A stretch of DNA of 58,940 nt from Patescibacteria group bacterium (lineage in GTDB: Bacteria > Patescibacteriota > Minisyncoccia > UBA9983): assembly GCA_018895015.1 (NCBI GenBank), contig JAHIOX010000027.1:1-58940 (forward strand). The letters run 5' to 3'. This document shows positions 37,441 through 47,770 of this stretch, piece by piece. The notes below the pieces were generated by a model, which saw only the letters and a program-made list of their open reading frames with translations, ran no database searches and had not been told where the DNA came from. Position numbers and translations under genes: made by a program. Each line of letters begins with the position of its first letter. Position 1 is the first letter of the stretch.

Positions 37441-38268
37441 ATGAACAAAAAAATTAAAAATTTGATAATCGCGCTGTCTGCTTGTCTGGTAATATTCCCT
37501 GTTTATGCTTTCGCTTACACGCTTTTGCAGCCATTGCCCGGGATTACGGAAGTCAGCGGAGGACAGGGATTTTCGCAATATCTGTCGTGGATTTTTAAAT
37601 TCGCGCTTATTGCCGCCGCTTTTTTGGCCGTTATCCAAATAGTCATAGCCGGTGTTGAGATGGTTGGAAGCGCCGCGAGTGAAAAGGCGCGCGGGGACGC
37701 GGAACAAAGAATTCGCGACGCGGTTTTGGGCCTTTTGCTGGCTTTTGGCGCGTGGCTTATTTTGTACACAATAAACCCGGATTTAGTAAAAATGGAATTA
37801 AACATTCCGGATATTAATATCAAAGCGGTTTCATTGTTAGAGTCTGGAGAGTTTGCCACCGTAGATAGAAATAAAATTAGCGCGGCTGCGGCGCGCGATC
37901 AGTTTTCCGAAATTGGAATTGACGTTAAATCTGAATGTCCGCTGGGCGTGAGTACGGGATGCGTTAAATTGGAAGGCATAAGGCAATCTACCATAGATGA
38001 ATTAAAAAATCTTAAAGAGCAATTTCCCGGAGCTCAAATATATGTAACAGGCGGGACAGAATCGGGGCATTCATCTGGCGCAACTTCTCACAGCAACGGC
38101 TATAAAGTTGATTTAAGATTGAACACGGAGTTAGATAAATACATTATGAAAAATTTTACTCAGGCCGGCGTGCGGAGTGATGGAGCGGAAAAATGGATAA
38201 ATCCCAAAACAGGAGCGGTTTACGCTTTGGAGCGCGGAGGCGATCCGCATTGGGATGTAGTCAGGTAG
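37441..38268 (+). CDS. Pilin-like (TrbC/VirB2-type) N-terminus fused to M15/LAS-type metallopeptidase domain
   Basis: Signal peptide, two TMs, AKGDAEQRIRDA-like helix, ILYTINPDL; C-terminal SHSNGYKVD (HxxxxxxD) and PHWDV. Confidence 0.7.
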   Translation: MNKKIKNLIIALSACLVIFPVYAFAYTLLQPLPGITEVSGGQGFSQYLSWIFKFALIAAAFLAVIQIVIAGVEMVGSAASEKARGDAEQRIRDAVLGLLLAFGAWLILYTINPDLVKMELNIPDINIKAVSLLESGEFATVDRNKISAAAARDQFSEIGIDVKSECPLGVSTGCVKLEGIRQSTIDELKNLKEQFPGAQIYVTGGTESGHSSGATSHSNGYKVDLRLNTELDKYIMKNFTQAGVRSDGAEKWINPKTGAVYALERGGDPHWDVVR

Positions 38269-38292
38269 CAAAATAAATAAGCAATAAAAGAT

Positions 38293-39477
38293 ATGAACAA
38301 AAAAACAATTATAATTTTATCGGCAATAATATTTTTTCTTTTGCTTGGAGCGGGAATTTTTTGGTTTTATTTTAAAAATGGAGGGACGCCTTTTGAAGAA
38401 GGAAGCGTGCTTTCAAAATTATTTCCATTTGCGGAAAAGCGCGATTTGGAAAATCAGACTCCGGGAACTGAAATTCCGTTGGCAGAGCGCGAGGGAGGGG
38501 CGTTAATTCAAATTACAAGAAACGCGGTAAGCGGGGCCGGATTCGGGACATCAACGGTCAGATATGTGGATAAGCAAACTGGCCATATTTATGAGAGCGA
38601 TGTTGACGGCAAGAACAGCAAAAGAATTTCCAACACTACTTTTTTGAAAACTTTTGAATCCGAGTGGTCATATAACGCGGATAAGTTAGTGCTTAAATAT
38701 TTTTCAGACGAAGATTACGAGTCGTATCTTCCGGTAAAAATGTTTTCCGCCTCTCTTGGGAGCGGCGATGAGCAGTCTCCGCTAAAAGGCGTTTTCCTCC
38801 CTTTGGCGGCAAAGGAAGTTGCTGTTTCGCCTTTTGAGGATAAGATTTTTTATCTTGCCTCTGAAGAAGGGCAAACGCTTGGGATTGTCGCTGATTTTGA
38901 AAATAAAAACCAAAAGAATATTTTTAGCATGCCGTTTGGAGAATTTAACGCAAGCTGGCCCTCAAAGAAGTTAATCACATTGCTTACTAAGCCCTCTTTC
39001 GGGTCTGAAGGTTTTTTTTATTCACTTGAGCCGGTTAGCGGGAAATTTGAAAAAATAATTGGAGACATAAAAGGTTTGACGGCTTTGCTTTCGTCAAATG
39101 GCGAAATGGCAATTTACAGCAAAAGCGCGGATAAAACAATCGATACAAAGATTTTTGATGTTAAAAATAAAACATCGCAGGATTTTAATTTGACGACCTT
39201 TCCGCAGAAATGCGTTTGGGGAAAAATTTATGAAGATGTTTTGTATTGCGGAACGCCTATTGATTTAGCCAGGGCGGATTATCCGGACGAGTGGTACCAA
39301 GGAGTAGTTTCTTTTAATGACTCAATATGGATGATTAATTTTTCAACGGACGAGTCGAAAATTTTGGCCGGCGATACCGGCAGCGATGTTATTAGCCCGT
39401 TTTTAAGCAAGGACGAAGATTATTTATTTTTCATCAACAAAAAAGACAATACTCTGTGGAGTTTTAAATTAAGATAG
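38293..39477 (+). CDS. Membrane-anchored beta-propeller-like hypothetical protein
   Basis: N-terminal TM; TolB-like repeats (SEWSYNAD, AVSPFED, ASWPS, ISPFLS). Confidence 0.65.
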   Translation: MNKKTIIILSAIIFFLLLGAGIFWFYFKNGGTPFEEGSVLSKLFPFAEKRDLENQTPGTEIPLAEREGGALIQITRNAVSGAGFGTSTVRYVDKQTGHIYESDVDGKNSKRISNTTFLKTFESEWSYNADKLVLKYFSDEDYESYLPVKMFSASLGSGDEQSPLKGVFLPLAAKEVAVSPFEDKIFYLASEEGQTLGIVADFENKNQKNIFSMPFGEFNASWPSKKLITLLTKPSFGSEGFFYSLEPVSGKFEKIIGDIKGLTALLSSNGEMAIYSKSADKTIDTKIFDVKNKTSQDFNLTTFPQKCVWGKIYEDVLYCGTPIDLARADYPDEWYQGVVSFNDSIWMINFSTDESKILAGDTGSDVISPFLSKDEDYLFFINKKDNTLWSFKLR

Positions 39478-40392
39478 GATTTTTAAAATCGGCGGCAGCA
39501 TTTGTTTTTTTCTGGAAACAATTCCCGGGAGAATCGCCGGATTGCCGCCCGTCTTTGTTTTAAAAGCTTTTTCCGCAACGTTTTTTTCTTTTTCGCCAAT
39601 CAAATAAAGGAAGCTTTTTCGCTTGAGAATATCAACTATGGCGAAAAATATTAAATCCAGGTTGTCGCGCGTTTTCTTTTCATCAAGCGCCTTTATTATT
39701 TTTTTTTCTTTTTTAAAAAGGCATTCCGGATCCGTTGTTTCGCATACGCCGAATCCAAGAGTCGCTTTGCCGGCTTCGAATTTTTTGTAATCCGCGCTGA
39801 TAATTTCATCCGCGCTTTTCCCCGAAAGGTTTGATTTCGCGTTAAACATTTTTTCGGCGATCGCGTTTATGTTTATTTTTGAAATCTTTGCCAGTTCAAA
39901 CGCGATTTTTTTATCGCACGTTGTTGTTGTCGGGGATGTGAGGTTTAATGTGTCCGAAATTATGCCGCATAGCAAAAGCCCGGCCCATTTTTTGTTAAAA
40001 GGAATTTTTTCTTCCGTGAAAATTTTTGCTATAATCGCGCTCGTGCTTCCAATAGGTTCTGTCCTGTAAAAGATTGTCTCCGCGGTGACAAGCCCGCTCA
40101 TTTTATGGTGGTCAATCACTTCAATGATTTCGGCCTTTTCTATGCCGCGATACGCTTCATTAAAGCTGCCGTGGTCTACGAGAATCACTTTTTTGTTGGC
40201 AAGAGTTTTTATTTTTTGCGGTTTTTTTATTTTGAAATAATTTAATACAAATTCGGTTTCTTTATTAAGCTTGCCGGCAAGGCAGGCAGTTGCTTTTTGG
40301 CCTTTTTTATTTTTGAATTCAGAATAGACGATGCTTGAAACAACGCTATCCGTATCCGGATTTATGTGCCCAGCTATAATGTATCGTTCCAT
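39469..40392 (-). CDS. ppaC: Manganese-dependent inorganic pyrophosphatase (family II)
   Basis: GHINPDTDS, LVDH, IDHH, GIISDTL, SRKKQ; start moved to ATG 40392. Confidence 0.93.
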   Translation of the reverse strand: MERYIIAGHINPDTDSVVSSIVYSEFKNKKGQKATACLAGKLNKETEFVLNYFKIKKPQKIKTLANKKVILVDHGSFNEAYRGIEKAEIIEVIDHHKMSGLVTAETIFYRTEPIGSTSAIIAKIFTEEKIPFNKKWAGLLLCGIISDTLNLTSPTTTTCDKKIAFELAKISKININAIAEKMFNAKSNLSGKSADEIISADYKKFEAGKATLGFGVCETTDPECLFKKEKKIIKALDEKKTRDNLDLIFFAIVDILKRKSFLYLIGEKEKNVAEKAFKTKTGGNPAILPGIVSRKKQMLPPILKILS

Positions 40393-40394
40393 TT

Positions 40395-41576
40395 TTATTC
40401 TGCTTCTTCGGATTCCGGCCCTTGTTCTATTTCTGCAATTTCTCCTTCTTCCGTAGCTTTTGCCATTGATTTTCCCTCTCTTGACCTGATGTCTAATTTC
40501 CACCCGGTAAGTTTTGCCGCCAAGCGGACATTTTGGCCGGATTTTCCTATCGCCAAAGACAGCTGGTCTTCTTCAACCATTACTTTCGCTTCTTTTGTTT
40601 TTTCGTTAATTTCTATGTCAAGAATTTTTGCGGGAGAAAGGGCATTGGAAATAAATTGCGCCGTGTCAGGAGACCACTCTATGATGTCAATTTTTTCTCC
40701 GCCTAGCTCAGAAATTATAGTGTTTACCCGAATGCCTTTTTGGCCTACGCAGGAGCCGATAGGGTCGATGCCTTCTTGGTTTGAGACAACCGCGATTTTT
40801 GAACGCGACCCGGCCTCTCTGGCAAGATTTTTAATTTCCACGACCCCGTTTGTTATTTCTGGAACTTCCATTTCAAAAAGTTTGGCGATAAATTTGGGAT
40901 GCGAACGGGAAAGGAAAAGGTTGATTCCCTTGGGAGTATCTTCAACAAGAAAAAGCAATGCTTTGGCGCGCTCGCCAATTCGGTAGCGTTCGCCCCTGAT
41001 TTGTTCGTCTCTTGGCAAAATGGCCGTTGTGCGCCCGAGGTCTATAAAAACATTTCCGTTTTCAATTCTTTGCACTATTCCGTTTATTATTTCGCCCTGG
41101 TTGTTTTTAAATTCGCTGTAGATTGATTCTTTTTCCGCCTCCCTGATGCGCTGGATTATTACTTGTTTTGCCGTTTGGCTCGCGATTCGGCCGTAGTCTT
41201 TTTTTGTTTCCAGCGGGAAAACCAATTCGTCATTTGGCTGGACGCCTTTTTTGATTTTTCTCGCTTCTTCTATTATTATATGGTGTTCCGGATTGAACTT
41301 GATTTTTTTGTTGTCCTCGTCTTCTTCAGCCATTTCTGTTTCTTCCTCGTCCTCTGGTTTTAACATTGATTCGTCAACCGCGATTTTGATTTGAGAAAAA
41401 GTTGTCGCTCCGGTCTCAATATCAAAATTAGCCCGAACAATCTGGCCTTTTTTCCCATAGTCTTTTTTATAAGCGGCAGCCAGGGCGTCTTGTATGGTTT
41501 CTATAATTTTTTCCTTTGGTATGCCTTTTTCTTCTTCTATTTGTTCAAGCGCCGATTTTAATAGTTTTAAGTCCAT
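40395..41576 (-). CDS. nusA: Transcription termination factor NusA
   Basis: YGRIASQTAKQVI, S1, REAGSRSKIAV, DPIGSCVG, LSLAIGKSGQNVRLA; start moved to ATG 41576. Confidence 0.97.
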   Translation of the reverse strand: MDLKLLKSALEQIEEEKGIPKEKIIETIQDALAAAYKKDYGKKGQIVRANFDIETGATTFSQIKIAVDESMLKPEDEEETEMAEEDEDNKKIKFNPEHHIIIEEARKIKKGVQPNDELVFPLETKKDYGRIASQTAKQVIIQRIREAEKESIYSEFKNNQGEIINGIVQRIENGNVFIDLGRTTAILPRDEQIRGERYRIGERAKALLFLVEDTPKGINLFLSRSHPKFIAKLFEMEVPEITNGVVEIKNLAREAGSRSKIAVVSNQEGIDPIGSCVGQKGIRVNTIISELGGEKIDIIEWSPDTAQFISNALSPAKILDIEINEKTKEAKVMVEEDQLSLAIGKSGQNVRLAAKLTGWKLDIRSREGKSMAKATEEGEIAEIEQGPESEEAE

Positions 41577-41672
41577 ATTGATAAATATTACGCAGTTTGA
41601 TTTTTTTGTCAACGTTATCCACTATCTTATTTTGCAATAACGCCTGGATTAAAGTATAATTTTGATGATACC

Positions 41673-42620
41673 ATGGATATAAAAAGCGCGTTTGATTGTT
41701 TTAATTTTAAGAAACAGTGTGAAAAATACGGCGTCGGCATTTGGCAATGTCCGCAATTTCTGTTTTTGGTAATGGGCGCTGTTATTGTTTTTGCGATTAT
41801 TATTACAAATAGCGTAGCGCAAAAATACGCGGAGCCGTCCGTTGTCGCGCTTATTGTTTTAGCCGTTGCCGCAGTGCTATTTGTTATCAGCTTCATTATA
41901 GTTTCTTCTTTTGAGCGTGTTGTCCAGGCGTCGCTGGCAAAGTCGGAATTTATCAGAATAATGTCACATCAGTTACGCACTCCTCTTTCTGCGATAAAAT
42001 GGCAGATAGAGCTTTTGTTTAATAAAAAAATAAATCCGGACCAAGAGACTGTTAACCGCGCGCTTTTGGAAATTAAAGATAAAAATGAAAAAATGATCTG
42101 GGTTGCCAATAATCTTTTGGACGTTAATTTGATTGAAGATAAAAATTTAGCGCTTTCATCGTCGATATTTTCTTTAAAGGACATTGTTAGTGAGGTGGTG
42201 GATATGTTGAATGAATCGGCAGTCAGGGCGAATTTGCAGATTTTTGTTACTTCGCCGCAGGAAATTCCGAATGTTTCAGCCGATAAAATGAGAATAAAAA
42301 ATATTGTTTACCATTTTATAGATAACGCCATTCGTTATAGCACCGGAAAGGGCATTGTGGCAGTCGCGCTTGAGAGCCTGCCGGGGTCAGTTCGTTTTTT
42401 GGTTACTGACGAAGGCGTTGGAATTTCCAAAGAAGATTCAAAAAATATTTTCAAAAAATTATTTAGAAGCCAGAATACTCTTACCGGACAAACTAGCGGG
42501 TCAGGAGTCGGTTTGTTTATAGCGAAAGTAATTGTTGAAAGATCCGGCGGGAAAATAGGATTTACCAGCGCGGAAGGCAAAGGTTCAACGTTTTGGTTTA
42601 CTTTGCCGGCGAGCGTTTAA
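41673..42620 (+). CDS. Membrane sensor histidine kinase
   Basis: Two TMs, SHQLRTP H-box, IDNAIRYS, DEGVGI, GSGVGLFI. Confidence 0.92.
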   Translation: MDIKSAFDCFNFKKQCEKYGVGIWQCPQFLFLVMGAVIVFAIIITNSVAQKYAEPSVVALIVLAVAAVLFVISFIIVSSFERVVQASLAKSEFIRIMSHQLRTPLSAIKWQIELLFNKKINPDQETVNRALLEIKDKNEKMIWVANNLLDVNLIEDKNLALSSSIFSLKDIVSEVVDMLNESAVRANLQIFVTSPQEIPNVSADKMRIKNIVYHFIDNAIRYSTGKGIVAVALESLPGSVRFLVTDEGVGISKEDSKNIFKKLFRSQNTLTGQTSGSGVGLFIAKVIVERSGGKIGFTSAEGKGSTFWFTLPASV

Positions 42621-42660
42621 CAATAAGCATCAGATTATTAAATTAAGTTAAGCAAATAAT

Positions 42661-43053
42661 ATGAAAAAGATTCTTTTTGTAGAAGACGAAATAAGATTTC
42701 AGAAAATGATTGAAGACCTATTCCGGGTTGAAGGTTTTGAATTGCTTTCCGCTTACGACGGCGAATCAGGGTTAAGGATGGCTAGAGAGAAGAGCCCGGA
42801 TTTAATTCTGCTTGATTTGATTTTGCCGAAACGAAACGGTTTTGAAGTGCTGGAAGAATTAAAAAACGACCAGCAGCTTTCCAAAATTCCGGTAATCATT
42901 CTGACTAATCTTGAGGGGGTCCGAGATGTGGAAAGGGCTTTTTCTTTAGGGGCTCGCACCTATCTTGTAAAAGCCAATTATTCCGTTAGCGATATTTTAG
43001 AAAAGATTAAGGAAGTCTTTAAAGAGAATGAGAGTAGAGCCTCAACAACTTAA
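42661..43053 (+). CDS. Stand-alone response regulator receiver
   Basis: ILFVEDE, PDLILLDLILP, IILTN, YLVKA; no output domain. Confidence 0.93.
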   Translation: MKKILFVEDEIRFQKMIEDLFRVEGFELLSAYDGESGLRMAREKSPDLILLDLILPKRNGFEVLEELKNDQQLSKIPVIILTNLEGVRDVERAFSLGARTYLVKANYSVSDILEKIKEVFKENESRASTT

Positions 43054-44776
43054 ATTATTTTTGTTGGACAGCGGGCTTGCAACAAGCAAAGATATTGAAA
43101 ATGCCGGCAAAAAGGCCGAGAAAGAAAAAAAAGATTTGGGGGAAGTTTTAGTTAGCGAAGGCAAACTGTCGCAAGATGATCTATCTCGCCTCCAGGCGTA
43201 TATTTTGGGCATACCCTTTGTAAGTCTTGAGAAGGAAAAAATAGACCTCAGTATTTTAAGTTTGATACCGGAACCCATAGCGCGCAGTCATAATATAGTT
43301 GCATATAAAAAGCGAGAAAACGAGCTGGAAGTGGCAATGCTGGATCCACAGGATTTGGAAACTATTGATTTCATAAAAAAGAAATTAAATCTAAAAGTTC
43401 TTTCGCGTCTTACCGATCCAAATTCCATAAAAAGCGTTCTTTCGCAATATCAAAAAACTTTGCAGGCGGAATTTGGCGATATTGTAAAACAAGAAGTTGA
43501 ATCTTTTAAAATAGTGCGGGAAGAAGGAACTGGATTGGAGAACGAAGATTTAAAAAAATTGGCCGAAGATCTTCCGATTGTCAGAATCGTTGATACGCTT
43601 TTGCGCCACGCGATTCTTCAGCGCGCAAGCGATATACACATAGAGCCGATGGAAAAAGAGGTTGTAGTACGATATAGAATAGACGGTATTTTGCATGATG
43701 CGATGGTTCTTCCCGTCAAAGTCGCGTCCGGGATAATCGCAAGAATAAAAATTCTTTCAAACTTAAAGGTTGATGAAAAACGTTTGCCTCAAGACGGCAG
43801 GTTTAAAATAGAAACGCCAGACGAAAAAGTTTCTTTTCGTGTTTCCACTTTGCCGGTTTATAACGGCGAAAAGGCGGTTCTTAGATTGCTTCCGGAGAAT
43901 TCAAAAGGGTTTACTCTTGAAGGATTGGGTTTTACCGCGGAGCAGATTGAAACAGTGCATTACGCGGTTAAAAGGCCGGTTGGCATGATTTTGGCCACAG
44001 GGCCAACCGGTTCCGGCAAAACCACCACGCTGTACACCGTTTTGGATATTTTAAACACTCCGGAGGTTAATATCTCAACAATTGAAGACCCTATTGAATA
44101 TCAAATGCCGCGGATAAATCAAACGCAGGTAAAGCCGGACATAGGCCTTACTTTCGCGAACGGCTTGCGCACTTTGGTCAGGCAGGACCCGGACATTATA
44201 ATGGTTGGAGAAATTAGGGATAATGAAACAGCCGCGCTCGGCATTAACGCGGCTTTGACAGGGCACCTTGTTTTGTCCACCCTGCACACTAATTCCGCCG
44301 CAGGCGCGATTCCAAGATTATTAGACATGAAAGTTGAGCCATTTTTACTGGCGTCAACGCTGGCTATAATTATCGCGCAACGCCTTGTAAGAAGATTGTG
44401 CGATTCAAAAGAAAAATATTATTTAAGCAAAGACCAGTTAAAAAATTTAGGCAAAGAAGTTGACCTTGACAGGATGTTGCAGTTTTTAAAAGCGGAAAAA
44501 GTTATTGCTCCGAGCGCGGGTTGGGACGAAGTTCCTTTTTATAATCCGAAACCGTCAAAAGAGTCTCCTGACGGCTATAAAAGCAGAGTGGGCATTCACG
44601 AGGTATTAAAGGTTACAGAAACAATTAAAAGTCTTTTGATGTCAAATATTTCCTCGGATGCCATTGAAAAGCAAGCGAAAGAAGAAGGGATGATGACAAT
44701 GTTAGAGGACGGAATTGTAAAATCTGCCCAAGGCATTACAACAATTGAAGAAATTTTAAGAGTGACTAGAGAGTAA
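43028..44776 (+). CDS. pilB: Type IV pilus assembly ATPase (PilB/GspE)
   Basis: ASDIHIEP, RLPQDGR, GPTGSGKTT, TIEDPIE, RQDPD, GHLVLSTLH. Confidence 0.93.
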   Translation: MRVEPQQLKLFLLDSGLATSKDIENAGKKAEKEKKDLGEVLVSEGKLSQDDLSRLQAYILGIPFVSLEKEKIDLSILSLIPEPIARSHNIVAYKKRENELEVAMLDPQDLETIDFIKKKLNLKVLSRLTDPNSIKSVLSQYQKTLQAEFGDIVKQEVESFKIVREEGTGLENEDLKKLAEDLPIVRIVDTLLRHAILQRASDIHIEPMEKEVVVRYRIDGILHDAMVLPVKVASGIIARIKILSNLKVDEKRLPQDGRFKIETPDEKVSFRVSTLPVYNGEKAVLRLLPENSKGFTLEGLGFTAEQIETVHYAVKRPVGMILATGPTGSGKTTTLYTVLDILNTPEVNISTIEDPIEYQMPRINQTQVKPDIGLTFANGLRTLVRQDPDIIMVGEIRDNETAALGINAALTGHLVLSTLHTNSAAGAIPRLLDMKVEPFLLASTLAIIIAQRLVRRLCDSKEKYYLSKDQLKNLGKEVDLDRMLQFLKAEKVIAPSAGWDEVPFYNPKPSKESPDGYKSRVGIHEVLKVTETIKSLLMSNISSDAIEKQAKEEGMMTMLEDGIVKSAQGITTIEEILRVTRE

Positions 44777-44789
44777 TTAGCAAAAAATT

Positions 44790-46001
44790 ATGCCGATTTT
44801 TAATTATTACGCGAAAAAAATTACAGGGGAGGAAACAAAGGGAGTAAGGGAGGCGCAGGACCGCCGCGATTTATCGCAGTCTTTGAAACAGGACGGATAT
44901 ATTTTAATTTCTTGCGAGGAGAAGAAAGAGGGCCGGAAGCTTAATTTTTCTTTTTTAAGTTTTGGCAGAGCGTCGGTTACTGATAAAATGATGTTCAGCC
45001 GCAATCTTGGCGTTATGATCGCGGCAGGCCTTTCTATTGTGAAAGCGCTGGAAATTTTGAGCCATCAAACCAAAAATAAGAAATTTAAAAAAATTATTAT
45101 CGCGCTCAAAGACAGCGTTCAGAAAGGAAATCCATTGAGTGAGGCGATGAAAAATTACCCTGAAGTTTTTTCTTCTCTGTTCACGGCAATGGTCAGGGTC
45201 GGGGAAGAAAGCGGCCAATTAAGCCAGTCGTTGAAACTGGTCGGGGAGCAGTTGGATCGCGACCACACTTTGACAAAAAGGATAAAGGGCGCCTTGATAT
45301 ACCCGTCAATCATTGTCGTTGCGATGCTTTTGATCGGTGTTTTTATGCTTATCTATGTGGTGCCGACGCTTGTTTCCACTTTTAAAGAGCTTAATATGGA
45401 TTTGCCAATTAGCACCAAGATTGTTATTTTTGTAAGCGATCTTTTGGTTTCGCACACGATTATAGTTTTCGCGGTTCTTTTGCTTGCCGCTTTTTTCGTT
45501 ACCGGTTTTTTCAGAACAGAGAGAGGAAAAAGAATTGTCAGCAGTATTTTATTGCGGCTTCCTGTTTTTTCAACAATTGTCAAAAAAATAAATTCCGCCC
45601 GGACAAGTCGGACACTTGCTTCTCTTGTCAGCGCCGGCGTTAATGTTTTGGAGGCGCTTTCAATAACGAGAGACGTATTGCAGAACTATCGTTACAAAAA
45701 AGTTTTGGAAGAGGCGAGAGACATAGTTCAAAAAGGACAGCCAATCTCCGAGGCGTTTAAGAAAGCGGATAATCTTTACCCGATTTTGGTTGGTGAAATG
45801 ATGTCTGTCGGGGAAGAGACAGGCAAGCTTTCGGATATGCTAATTCGGCTGGCTGATTTTTTTGAAGAGGAAGTAAATACCGCGACAAAAGATATGACAA
45901 CGGTTGTTGAGCCGGTGCTTATGATAATTGTCGGCTTAGTTGTTGGTTTTTTTGCCATTTCAATGATTAATCCTATGTATTCAATGATGGGAGCAGTATA
46001 A
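44790..46001 (+). CDS. pilC: Type IV pilus platform protein (PilC/GspF)
   Basis: FSRNLGVMIAAG, GEESGQL, ALIYP, GEETGKL, VEPVLM. Confidence 0.93.
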   Translation: MPIFNYYAKKITGEETKGVREAQDRRDLSQSLKQDGYILISCEEKKEGRKLNFSFLSFGRASVTDKMMFSRNLGVMIAAGLSIVKALEILSHQTKNKKFKKIIIALKDSVQKGNPLSEAMKNYPEVFSSLFTAMVRVGEESGQLSQSLKLVGEQLDRDHTLTKRIKGALIYPSIIVVAMLLIGVFMLIYVVPTLVSTFKELNMDLPISTKIVIFVSDLLVSHTIIVFAVLLLAAFFVTGFFRTERGKRIVSSILLRLPVFSTIVKKINSARTSRTLASLVSAGVNVLEALSITRDVLQNYRYKKVLEEARDIVQKGQPISEAFKKADNLYPILVGEMMSVGEETGKLSDMLIRLADFFEEEVNTATKDMTTVVEPVLMIIVGLVVGFFAISMINPMYSMMGAV

Positions 46002-47770
46002 TGAAATTTCAAATCTCAAATCTTAAATCTCAAAACAAAGGGTTTTCGCTTATTGAGACCCTTGTCGGGATGGCGCTTATTCTTGTTGTTTTTGTCGGCA
46101 TTTTTGGAGTTTTTCAGCTAGCCATAAAGATTGTTAATAAGTCAAAAGCAAAGGTTGGCGCCCTCGCGCTTGCCAACGAAAGAATAGAATTTATTCGTAA
46201 TCTTCCCTATAATAGCGTTGGAACGCTTGGCGGAATACCTCCAGGAAATATTCCGCAAACGGAAAATATTTCTTTGAATGATATAAATTATACTCGCAGA
46301 ACGATAATTCAGTATATAGATGACCCGAAAGACGGGTTAGACGCAATCGATGAAAATGGCATTACAACTGATTACAAGGTAGCGAAAGTAGAGGTTACTT
46401 GGCAGGCGAATTACGTTATCACTCCTGTTTTTTTAACAACAAATATTGTTTCAAAGGGCATAGAAACGACTGTCGGCGGAGGAACTCTTAAACTCAATGT
46501 GTTTGACGCCGCAATCATTCCTGTGGCTTCCGCTAATGTGCATATTGAAAACAGCACAGTGTCGCCTCCTGTTTCCATTGATATTTTAACAAACGCCAGC
46601 GGCAAAGTGGTTTTTCCGGGCACTCCTTCCGCTTCAAACTATAAAATAACGGTGAGCAAGGTCGGTTATAGTTCCACGCAGACTTACGACGCAACGGCGC
46701 CGAATGTCAATCCCGACCCTGGGCATTTGACTATATTAGAGGGCCAGACAACAGAGGCGAGTTTTGCGATTGATTTGGTAAGCGCGAAAACAATAAAAAC
46801 ATGGGAACCGATTGGCGGTTTTTCATGGCAAGACCTTTTTAACGACGACTCTAAAATTTCCGAATCTTTTGATGTTGTTGTTGCCAGCGGTTATGTTGAG
46901 CTGGATCAGAGCGAGCCATCGGTGTATAAAACATCAGGCTATGTTGTGTCAATGGATATAGGCGGTATCGCTGATTTGAAAAATTGGAGTGAATTTTCAT
47001 GGAATGACAATGAGCCGGCAGGCGCGAATATAAAATATTTCATTTATTACATAAATGAGTTTTCAAATCTTGTGCCAATACCGGATTCTGATTTGCCCGG
47101 GAATGAATCCGGGTTTGAAACATCGCCGATTGATTTGTCCGGGCTGGATATAAATAAATATCAAACCTTAAGATTAAAAGCCGAATTATCAACATCCGAC
47201 ACGAGCGTTTCGCCGCAACTTTTAAATTGGAATTTAAGCTGGAACGCCGGACCGTTTCCTCTTCCAAACATCGGCTTTCATATGCAAGGCCAGAAAATTA
47301 TAGGCAGGGATGTTGCCAATAATCCTATTTATAAATATTCAGAAAATCTTTCAACCGGAGCCGGCGGAAGTGTTTTATTGGGAAATTTGGAATGGGATAT
47401 TTATAACATAACTATTGATGGCGTTTCTACCGGTTATGACATCGCGGAATCCTGCCCGTTTCAGCCGGTGAATATCGCGCCGAACACGAATAACACCACA
47501 GATCTTTATTTGGTTGGCCATGCCAATAATACTTTGTTGGTTTTTGTAAAAAATTCTTTAGGCGAAGCTATTGGCCAGGCAAGCGTCAGGTCATACAGAA
47601 CGCTTTACGACAAAACCCAAACAACATCTTTATGCGGGCAGACATTTTTTACCCCTTTGTCCGCCGTTGATTATACAATAGAAGCAAGCAAGGCAGGATA
47701 TGCGACTGGAACTTCAACTGTTTCCGTAAGCGGCCAAAGCAAATTGGAAATAATATTGAACGCGATATGA
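46001..47770 (+). CDS. Large minor pilin with beta-sandwich domains
   Basis: Prepilin site KG/FSLIE with E5; 589 aa. Confidence 0.85.
   Translation: MKFQISNLKSQNKGFSLIETLVGMALILVVFVGIFGVFQLAIKIVNKSKAKVGALALANERIEFIRNLPYNSVGTLGGIPPGNIPQTENISLNDINYTRRTIIQYIDDPKDGLDAIDENGITTDYKVAKVEVTWQANYVITPVFLTTNIVSKGIETTVGGGTLKLNVFDAAIIPVASANVHIENSTVSPPVSIDILTNASGKVVFPGTPSASNYKITVSKVGYSSTQTYDATAPNVNPDPGHLTILEGQTTEASFAIDLVSAKTIKTWEPIGGFSWQDLFNDDSKISESFDVVVASGYVELDQSEPSVYKTSGYVVSMDIGGIADLKNWSEFSWNDNEPAGANIKYFIYYINEFSNLVPIPDSDLPGNESGFETSPIDLSGLDINKYQTLRLKAELSTSDTSVSPQLLNWNLSWNAGPFPLPNIGFHMQGQKIIGRDVANNPIYKYSENLSTGAGGSVLLGNLEWDIYNITIDGVSTGYDIAESCPFQPVNIAPNTNNTTDLYLVGHANNTLLVFVKNSLGEAIGQASVRSYRTLYDKTQTTSLCGQTFFTPLSAVDYTIEASKAGYATGTSTVSVSGQSKLEIILNAI
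46004..46031 (+). repeat. Four degenerate 7-nt tandem repeats in the prepilin leader
   Basis: AAATTTC AAATCTC AAATCTT AAATCTC. Confidence 0.7.
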
